Translations under genes and position numbers: made by a program
The notes under the pieces: model-generated
The model's database searches: none
Told to the model about the DNA's origin: nothing
Seen by the model: the letters and a program-made list of their open reading frames with translations, nothing else
Shown: positions 19,540 through 27,020 of the stretch, one piece after another
How positions within the stretch are numbered: the first letter of the stretch is position 1
How the letters are laid out: each line of letters begins with the position of its first letter
Assembly: GCA_963697875.1 (NCBI GenBank)
Contig: OY969099.1
Coordinates: 88,419 to 152,418 of the forward strand
Source of the DNA: an uncultured Actinomycetes bacterium
GTDB taxonomy: Bacteria > Actinomycetota > UBA4738 > HRBIN12
Length of the DNA stretch: 64,000 bases
Reading direction: 5' to 3'

Positions 19540-20206
19540 TGAACCGATCCTGTTCCTTGGACACTTTCCTGACTTCCTCTGAGCGAGCGTAGAAGGGTTC
19601 GCCGGCGTCCTGCGACCGGCCGAACTCGCGCCGCTTGGCCAACCGGCTCGGAACGTGCCCTTGAGAGCCCCCGTAGAGACCGTTCGCGATCCGGTCGGGT
19701 GGAAGGCCTGGCGATCATGTCGCCTCCCTCGTCTTGAGCCACGCCTCGTAGCCTTCCCGAAGCGTCCAACGCCCGTGGCGTTCGATGAGCCACTCGTTGT
19801 TGTAGAGGTCGATGTAATCAATGGACGGCCGCTTGAAGCTCCTCGATCGTCGTCCAACGCTTTGTCCAGATCGTCTCGGCGCTTACCTCGGCCGCTTCCC
19901 GGGCGGGATCCGCCTGCCAGTCCTCGAGCTCCATCGTGCGGAGCCTGCGGTCGGTCGGGTCCTGGGCGAGGAGAAATGGGGGCTGCTCAAGCGGCCAGAC
20001 GATGAGCCTCGATGCGCAACTCGCGAGCCACCGTGTCGAGGTCCTCGTCCCGGAGCAGGCGCATCACGGCATCGCCCTTCCGCCCGACCGACCACCGGAC
20101 CTCCTAACCGGAGCGCTTCTTCCCAGCCACCACCGTCACTTTGGACCACCTCTCGCGCCATCATGAGGGCGCTTGTCGGGTGTCCAAAGGAACCGGGTGC
20201 GGTGGA
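19540..20206 (-). mobile_element. Internally deleted IS3-like insertion sequence remnant
   Basis: Imperfect terminal IRs (19540-64 and 20180-206); OrfA fragment RWSVGRKGDAVMRLLRDEDLDTVARELRIEAHRLAA*; OrfB tail DYIDLYNNEWLIERHG. Confidence 0.7.
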
Positions 20207-20393
20207 CCGCCAGGTCACCAAGGAAGCGGACTCTGCTTTCCCGGCGAGCCGGTAGGCGACCTCAGCCACCGCGAGATACGGGACGGTACCAAAGCCCAGG
20301 GGCTCCAGTCGCGAGATCGTGGCACGCACTCAAACTGGCACTCCTTGCCAGGATCGTCTCTGCTCTCACAATCGCGCGAAGACCCTAGAGGAG

Positions 20394-21692
20394 TCAAGGC
20401 GCGCAGAGTATCGCTTGGGGTTGATCTCCGACTTTAGCGAGTACTCCGATATCGACTCTGTGCTCCAAGTCGATCATCCCAAGCATTCCCGACTCGCGAT
20501 CTACTGTAAAGACCCAAGGGCCGTCGCTTGCCGCTGAGAGCGCCCAGAAAGGGGACGTGGCAACGCTCACGACGTTGCTCCAGTCTGACGTGTCGACCGC
20601 CAGAATCTCGTCCGCTCGCACGTCTGAGCTCTCTCCAGGCGACAGGCCAAGGATAAGTTGATCTCCCCTGTAAGAGATACCGACCTGCGAGACACCGATG
20701 AGACGATCGGGCGGCATGTCCAACTTTGCGGTCAAGGACACGGTTTGCGCTTCTACATCAACGACCGTAACGCGACCATCACGCGATACGACGTAGAGCA
20801 ACGTCCCGTCCGGAGAAAGAACCGCTCCGCTCACAAAACTCGCATCAATGACGTTCCCATTCCCGTCGGTCGTCGTCGACGCACTCCTAGAGAGGGATAG
20901 GGTCGCCTCATTGACCGCGCTGCCTTCCTCTGAAATTTTGAGGAATCGCACGTCGTTGGAGGTTGGGCAAACGGCAATAACCTCACCACCTAGTCGCGGA
21001 ATGATCAAAGGTGCACCGCAGCCTTGAAGGCCCGCCGTTTGCGGGAGCACCTGCCCACGGCCGGCATCGTAGGTCGCAAGTGACTGATGCTGACCAGAAC
21101 CGCCGCTGTCAGATCCCACAAGAATGTAGGCATCCGCTCCGTCTGGCGACGCCGCAATCTTACTTGTCAGATGGAAGCCAGTGGTTCCTTGCCATTGGAA
21201 GGGAAGCACAAGCTTCGTCTGGCTGCCAGTCTGGGTACTTACCACAGTGAGTGTGTCTTCTATCTCGTTGTCACTCACGAAGGTCCTCGACACACCGAAT
21301 AGGCGTGCCCCGTCAGCCGAGATAGCCACGTCAGCGTCGAGCCCCAACGTGTAGCTCTTGACCTCGGTTGCACGGCCGTCGGATATCTCCACCGCAGTTA
21401 CCGACGCATGGATGTTGTCGCCTTCTGGGGCGGAATCGAGAACATAGACGAGACTTGGCTCGAGCGGTCCTATCGCGGGATGGCTGTTCGTTGGAGCTCG
21501 GCCCCCGATCCCCGGAACCACAATGACGGTAGCAACGAGGAGCGCAAGTACCGCGCCGGACAGGCTGAATGCGAGGAGCGATTGCCGGAACCGAATCCGA
21601 CGCGTTCGCTCGTAAGTTAGACCTCGAAACCGTCCAGCGTCCACAATTGATTGGTCCATTGCTTCTCGCAGTCGCCGTTCCAGCTCCTTCAT
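20394..21692 (-). CDS. Putative anti-sigma factor with extracytoplasmic amine-dehydrogenase heavy-chain (MauB)-like beta-propeller
   Basis: Basic cytoplasmic N-term MKELERRLREAM..RTRRIRFR + single TM; ATGA-coupled to ECF sigma; propeller motifs VYVLD, AISADG.RLF, SPDG, C-term VGDQPQAI. Confidence 0.7.
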   Translation of the reverse strand: MKELERRLREAMDQSIVDAGRFRGLTYERTRRIRFRQSLLAFSLSGAVLALLVATVIVVPGIGGRAPTNSHPAIGPLEPSLVYVLDSAPEGDNIHASVTAVEISDGRATEVKSYTLGLDADVAISADGARLFGVSRTFVSDNEIEDTLTVVSTQTGSQTKLVLPFQWQGTTGFHLTSKIAASPDGADAYILVGSDSGGSGQHQSLATYDAGRGQVLPQTAGLQGCGAPLIIPRLGGEVIAVCPTSNDVRFLKISEEGSAVNEATLSLSRSASTTTDGNGNVIDASFVSGAVLSPDGTLLYVVSRDGRVTVVDVEAQTVSLTAKLDMPPDRLIGVSQVGISYRGDQLILGLSPGESSDVRADEILAVDTSDWSNVVSVATSPFWALSAASDGPWVFTVDRESGMLGMIDLEHRVDIGVLAKVGDQPQAILCAP

Positions 21693-22213
21693 TCCTCTTC
21701 ACCACCCTCGATCCGCCTTAGCGTCCCTAGACCCCTCGACACGAGAGAATTCACGGCTCGTAGCGACACTCCCATGACGTCGGCTGTCTGGTGCTCGGAA
21801 AGGTCCTCGTAGAAGCGGAGAACCAATGCCGTCCTCTGTCTGATGGGCAGCTGCTGAAGCAGCTGCCACAGGCTGTTCCGGATTTCGATGTCCGGTATTT
21901 CCTGGGCACTCGATCTTCCGGGCTGCTTCGCCAGATAGCGCGCCTCGGCAGATCGCCTGCGGAAGTGACTCCTCGCCAGGTTCACGACCGTTCGCCGGAG
22001 GTAATACTCGAAACGATCGCGTTTGCGAAGGTGGCCAAATCTTGCGACAATCCTAACGAACGCCTCTTGAGCCAGGTCGTCGGCAAGATCTCGATCGCCG
22101 GTCAGGAGATAAGCCAGCTGGTAGGCATCAGCCGCGTAGGCGTCGTAGAGGGCCGCGAGTCTAGTCGCGTCCTCTCCTTGGTCGCCCTCAGCGCTGCTCA
22201 TGACCCACGCCAC
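21689..22213 (-). CDS. SigE-family ECF RNA polymerase sigma factor
   Basis: AYLLTGD...ADDLAQEAF, YLRRTVVN, LP.RQRTALVLRFYEDLSE.QTA. Confidence 0.92.
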   Translation of the reverse strand: MAWVMSSAEGDQGEDATRLAALYDAYAADAYQLAYLLTGDRDLADDLAQEAFVRIVARFGHLRKRDRFEYYLRRTVVNLARSHFRRRSAEARYLAKQPGRSSAQEIPDIEIRNSLWQLLQQLPIRQRTALVLRFYEDLSEHQTADVMGVSLRAVNSLVSRGLGTLRRIEGGEEE

Positions 22214-22346
22214 TCGCTTGGTCCTCCTTCTACTAATAAGACGCTGATGAACGCTCTCTCGCTTCGCTCATGGACGGACCGAGAGTCTCCAGGGCGCGCT
22301 TTCGCGCCGAACGGTCGCCAAGTGCGTTGGGCCACAACAGGACACC

Positions 22347-23180
22347 TCACCGAGACGAACTGATCAGCGAAACGATGAAGAAGACTCCGACCGAGCTGAG
22401 CAGGATGCCGTTCAATAGCTTGACGACGGGCTCGAAGCCCTGGATACGATCAATGAGCGACTCGAGACGATCGGTATTCGCAGCTCGCGGAACCCCAATG
22501 AGTAAGAGAGGTAAGTAACGCCCGAAGCCGAATGTCGCAACTACCAGCATGGCAGGGAGCGGATTCTCGATGAAGAAGGCCCATGCAAGGACTAGGTAGA
22601 AGGTTGAAACAGGGATGAACGTCCACAAACCGGCCCCCAGCGTCGCTCCATAGAGAAGTCCAGTCACTGATGGACGGTAATGTTTGTACCACCCTGAAGG
22701 AACTTGCCGATGTACCTGAGGTCTCGGGATCTTGAGCAGCGACGCGTCTGCCAGCCCGAAGGAGATTCCGAGAACTCCTAACGCGAGACCCGCCGCAAAG
22801 TCGCGCGTAGCAGGAGCAGTTGAGGCAAGCGCAAGACGACCGAGCGTGGAAACAGAAACTCCCAGCGCTGCCGCGCCAAACAGGCTTCCTATTCCGAACG
22901 TGATCAACGACGTTGCGAGTCTGCTGTTAACCCTTTCCCCATACCCGATGGGGAGCATGGTTCCAACCATGCTGGATCCTCAGGGTGACCATAAGGTGGA
23001 AAGGCCCGCGATCAACGCCGTAACGGTAAGCACAGGCACGCTGGAGCCTGTACCAATGCGTCCAGGCCATTCAATGGCGACTGCCGAGGACACCGCCGCC
23101 AGAATAACGACGAGGGCGAGACGGCGAGCGGAGCTAGGAACCTCGTACCTGCCATGCGTCGCAGGTTGAATGGATTCCAT
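22347..23180 (-). CDS. mauF: MauF-like/CcdA-like membrane protein with in-frame TGA (candidate selenocysteine) at 22980-22982
   Basis: Two track ORFs are in frame across STLWSP-TGA-GSSMVGTM; downstream RQVP..W, G.LYG..LGAG..T motifs; GGAGG RBS before ATG 23180. Confidence 0.7.
22954..22973 (-). promoter_or_regulatory. Candidate bacterial SECIS hairpin
   Basis: AGCATGGT-TGGA-ACCATGCT perfect 8-bp stem beginning 7 nt after the TGA; G at 2nd loop position. Confidence 0.55.
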
Positions 23181-23188
23181 GAACCCTC

Positions 23189-23739
23189 CTAGCAGGCCCC
23201 AATCTCGATGATTCGTGTACACATGTAGGCGCCTCCGCAACCGCCTTGCCCGTAGTAGGGACCTGTCCCCGGATAACCGGGAAGGCAGCAACCCTGCAGC
23301 CGAGGCAGTTGTTAATCTTGGTCGTGCCGCACGGCCCGTTCACCGAATCTCCGTGGGACCAGCAGTCCCGATAGCGATACTTGATTCTCTCGCCCCCGGG
23401 GAAGTTGCAGCAAGACTCCCACCAGCCACCCGTGCAAGCGCACGTCGGACACCTGCTCGAGTCTCCACTGCAATCCGAGCAGCCACATTGATGTCCGCAA
23501 AAGCCGCATAGGCCGTACGAGTCGCATGGCAGAGTGGCAGCTCGTGCAGCATCGCGGCCGGTAGGCAGGATCTCAGTGACAACGGCAATCCCCAATCCCG
23601 CAAACGCGACTCGACCGATCTTGGCAAGGAGGCCCCTCCTCGACGTGCCTTGAGACAATGCTTCAGACCCACGCTGCGCCCATGCGTCCACGGGGTGAAG
23701 ATCCACGGATGATTGCTCGTCATTCTCGTGGCTATCCAT
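23189..23739 (-). CDS. Tat-exported Cys-rich amine-dehydrogenase light-chain (MauA)-like protein; 1-nt frameshift at ~23292-94
   Basis: SRRGLL Tat motif + AxA; GWWESCC, YRYRDC; adding one G restores ...GCCLPG...YMCTRIIEIGAC* ending next to the RBS of the next gene. Confidence 0.7.
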
Positions 23740-24373
23740 CGATTCCAACTCCTTCTGATGAGCCCGAGATGGGCGCACCTTCCAGAGCACGCAGTTCCAT
23801 TAGAGATTCCACGCTGTCGAGACCAGCTTCTCCTGCATGGATCAAGCTCTCCAGATGTTCAAGACTGTTCACAATCCCTTTCGCCCTCACGGACCCGAAC
23901 TCGTCAACGAAGATGCCGTAGGGCGTGCCATGTACTTCGTACTCTTCTTGTAGCTGTTTCGAGACAACCGTCCGAAGGTGCCCTAGCCCATTTTGGAGAA
24001 TGAACTCTCTTACGCCCTCTGAAGTACCCGAGCTGATCAGTATCGTGTCTGTAGTTGCTCGTTCACTTCTTGCTACCGACCTCAAGGCCGGTGCGATGTC
24101 CCGGCATGAACTGCACGTCTCCGAGACGAAGACCAGAAATGTCTTCCTACCTCCAATGCTGCCGAGCGTTGCTGGTCGTCCGTTCAGGTCAAGCAGGTCG
24201 AAACTTGGTGCACTTTCACCGATTTCCGGACCTAGCCTTGCGATTCGCGCGCCGAACGGCTGAATTCGTCGATGGAGCAGCCCGATTTGCCGCACCATGG
24301 CCAGACTGAGCACAGTTACGAGCAAGACAACAAACCACAGAAGGAGATAAGACACTAAGAGTGGCGTGCTCAT
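23732..24373 (-). CDS. mauD: Methylamine dehydrogenase accessory protein MauD (thioredoxin-like)
   Basis: RQIGLLH.RI.P.GA, GP.IGE.AP, FVS.TCSSC, PY...VDE.G.VRAKGIVNSLEHLESL. Confidence 0.9.
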   Translation of the reverse strand: MSTPLLVSYLLLWFVVLLVTVLSLAMVRQIGLLHRRIQPFGARIARLGPEIGESAPSFDLLDLNGRPATLGSIGGRKTFLVFVSETCSSCRDIAPALRSVARSERATTDTILISSGTSEGVREFILQNGLGHLRTVVSKQLQEEYEVHGTPYGIFVDEFGSVRAKGIVNSLEHLESLIHAGEAGLDSVESLMELRALEGAPISGSSEGVGIDG

Positions 24374-24388
24374 CCAAGGGCCCTCCCG

Positions 24389-25036
24389 TTAGCTGGCTCG
24401 AGCTCTAGTAACTGCGTTGAGATCTAGGTCGTGATGATGTTGAGCGGGCCGGACCGACTCACGAGCAGATTGGCCGGTCACCAAGACACCGCACATGCGC
24501 GAAAGAGAGACGATTGCCCTGATGAGGACCACGGAACTCAAAACCCCGATTGCCAAGAAGGCTCCCCCTATCGCATCTCGCGATTCGACGGATCCAGGGC
24601 CGGTGGGGTCCCAGGAGACCTGGAACCAGGGATCGTGGAGAACAGAGACGACGAGAGCTACCGCCAGTGCGAGAAGAAGGACATTGCGCACCACGGTCGC
24701 CCACGAGATGTTCTTCGCGTGTGAGATCCCAAAGCAGCCACAATCCATCGGGCGGCCACGCTGAAGGTTGATCGCGACGGCGCCGGCGAAGACGAGCAGG
24801 AGCCCGCTCAGAACAAGGGACACCCATCCAAGGAGCACGCCCAGGACCAAGAGGAGGCCACATGCGATCTCCACCAGAGGAATCCAAGTGGCCACTAGGC
24901 GCGACGACCGGGGACCCAGCAACCGATAGTTCCTGACCGTCTCCGCGAAGTCGTCCCGATGAGCAACCTTCGCGATGCCCGCAACCACGAACACCGCGCC
25001 TAGGAAGAGACGGATCGCCAGCAGCCAGTACCCCAT
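24389..25036 (-). CDS. mauE: MauE/DoxX family membrane protein
   Basis: F..AG.AK....F...VRNYRLL, INLQRGR..DCGCFG, VVRN. Confidence 0.9.
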   Translation of the reverse strand: MGYWLLAIRLFLGAVFVVAGIAKVAHRDDFAETVRNYRLLGPRSSRLVATWIPLVEIACGLLLVLGVLLGWVSLVLSGLLLVFAGAVAINLQRGRPMDCGCFGISHAKNISWATVVRNVLLLALAVALVVSVLHDPWFQVSWDPTGPGSVESRDAIGGAFLAIGVLSSVVLIRAIVSLSRMCGVLVTGQSARESVRPAQHHHDLDLNAVTRARAS

Positions 25037-25974
25037 CTCAGCCGCCTCCAGGGTTGCTCACCTACGAAGCTAGTCCTTCCACGGATCGGCGGTCAAATCC
25101 GCCGAGAACACGTTGAAAGACCAGCCGATTGGTGGAGCAGTACCGACTGATGCTATGCCCTCTGATGCAATGCGTTCGATTCCGACCTCGGCTACCCACC
25201 GGCATCCTTTGCCCGACCGATGCCGGTTTCATCATCCGGCGTCCTCCCCCGCCGTTGTGCCTGCCCGTGCCAGGGCGAGTCGCCCAGTGACCTCCTCCCC
25301 GCGAATCACGCCCTGCCCGGATCACGCCGGCTGCATCTGGACTGGTGGCTTGCGTGGTCGTGTCGATCTCGGGGGTCCGCGCGTTCGGTGAGGCTGTCCA
25401 AGACGATCCGCGCCAACCGCGACCGGGCCTTTGCGGCGCTCCACCACCCCCCGTTCGTGACCTGGGCAGTTTCTGATGGCCGCCATCACCCGCGCCTGGA
25501 CGCGCTTGTCAACCCGACCGGTCCACGGGGGCCAGATCATGCTCCCGGAAAACGTCACTCACGGACGGAGTCCCGACCTGCCCCTTCGCAAACTCCCCAA
25601 TTTCTCGCCGGCTGCTGGCGGCACGGTTCGACCCGCGTCCCCGCCTTTGTACGGATGGAGATGATCACACCCAAGACCTGCTCGCCGACGAGGCTCCGCC
25701 GGCCGGAGGCGAACGCCCCACCGCCATCGCTGGATACCACGCAGCGTGCCGAGGAGAACCCGGAGCGCTTCCGGCCGGGTCCCGTCGGGATCGACCAAGC
25801 CCTAGCGTCGATCGCGCCGCGTAAGGCTCTCTTCGAGGACGCGAACACAGGGGCAGGCCGCGATCCGGGCGCCGGGCCCCTGGCCGGTCCGCCCGCCAGC
25901 CCCATCGCCGGATCATCATCTGGCGGGTCCTCCCCCGTCGACCGGCCTGCTCGTGCGGCATGCGAGGTGGCCGG

Positions 25975-26823
25975 ATGAGTGCCCGGGATCACGTTTCACT
26001 TCGTTCACGTTCTTCTTTTCGATCTGCTTCTTTGATCACGAGCTACTCCCACCGATTGACCAGACGAGACTTCGAAATCCTGATCGAGCTTTACGAGCAC
26101 AGAGTTCTGACCACTCCGCAAGTCTTCGAGCTTCACTTCGAGACCCACACCCGAGCTTCCAAGCGGATGCTCCAGCTCTACCGCCTCGGATTGGTGGAAC
26201 GCTTCCGGCCCCACACCCCGACCGGCTCCGCGCCCTGGCACTACACGCTGGATGAGCCGGGAGCTCGGCTGGTCGCCGCTCGCCAAGAGATCGACTTCAA
26301 GGACTTCACCTTCAAGAAGGCCCGGATCTTCGACATGGTCGGAAGCCCCAGGCTCCGGCACCGCGTCGAGTGCAACGGCGTCTTCGCCCGGCTCACCCTT
26401 GCCTGCCGACGGCGCGGCTGGGAGCTCGAGTGGATCGGGGAGCGTCGGGCGACGGCTTCGTGGGACTCGAAGATCACCCCTGACGGGATCGGGCGCATCC
26501 GGGCGGGAGATCGCGAGATCTCGTTCTTCCTCGAGTACGACCGGGGAACAGAATCGCACGAGCAGCTGGCGATCAAGACCTACCGCTACCGACTGGTCGG
26601 CCGCACCGTTCGCTCCGAGGACGCGCTGCTGTTCGTCTTCCCAAGCGCCGCCCGGGAGCGCTATGCGCGAAGCGCGCTGATCGGCTCCTCCGTTCCGGTC
26701 GCTACGGTGGTACGGGCCGAGGTGCTCCGCCACCCACTCGGAACGGTGTGGCTGCCGTTTGGCGAGGACCGACGCCGGATGATCCTGGAGCTGCCCAGAG
26801 CGCCCCGTGACCAGCCTTGGTGA
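25975..26823 (+). CDS. Replication-relaxation (Replic_Relax) family protein
   Basis: RLT.RD.EIL..LYEHRVLTT.Q, HYTLD..GA, L.H....N..F, PDG.G, FFLEYDRGTE. Confidence 0.88.
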   Translation: MSARDHVSLRSRSSFRSASLITSYSHRLTRRDFEILIELYEHRVLTTPQVFELHFETHTRASKRMLQLYRLGLVERFRPHTPTGSAPWHYTLDEPGARLVAARQEIDFKDFTFKKARIFDMVGSPRLRHRVECNGVFARLTLACRRRGWELEWIGERRATASWDSKITPDGIGRIRAGDREISFFLEYDRGTESHEQLAIKTYRYRLVGRTVRSEDALLFVFPSAARERYARSALIGSSVPVATVVRAEVLRHPLGTVWLPFGEDRRRMILELPRAPRDQPW

Positions 26824-27020
26824 GTTTGCGCAGAAGGGCCCGCCCCGCGGGACCTGAGGCTCCGAGCGCGACAGCGACCCGGGGTAGGCTCGTGCGGTCG
26901 GGATCGGGCGGGCTCGAGCCACCGGAACCGGGCGCCTTGCGGCCTTTGGCCCGGGCGCTCGTTGACCTCGCGCTGACGCTCGCGCACGAGCACGAGGAGG
27001 ACGAGCGATGGACGCGGTGA
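26817..27020 (+). CDS. Small hypothetical protein preceding the integrase
   Basis: Overlaps both relaxase stop and integrase start; helical tail LRPLARALVDLALTL. Confidence 0.4.
   Translation: MVSLRRRARPAGPEAPSATATRGRLVRSGSGGLEPPEPGALRPLARALVDLALTLAHEHEEDERWTR

Noticed and set aside
22214-22346. Autoregulatory SigE-type promoter (CGTC at ~22240) before the sigma gene
   Set aside because: No convincing AAC-type -35 at the right spacing; too short to support
23134-23291. Track C-terminus of the Cys-rich ORF (…VAAFPVIRG…WQVRGS) and the TTG start of ORF 22980-23291
   Set aside because: Better explained by a 1-nt frameshift; the alternative frame gives the YxCT motif, even Cys count and a stop next to the RBS of ATG 23180
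23189-23739. RiPP precursor or metallothionein
   Set aside because: No RiPP maturases nearby; Tat signal, YRDC/YxCT motifs and mauD/mauE neighbours fit a light-chain homolog better
20394-25036. Canonical methylamine dehydrogenase operon
   Set aside because: No mauG or electron acceptor in the cluster, light chain lacks the Trp108/Asp32 equivalents, heavy-chain homolog is sigma-coupled and membrane-anchored
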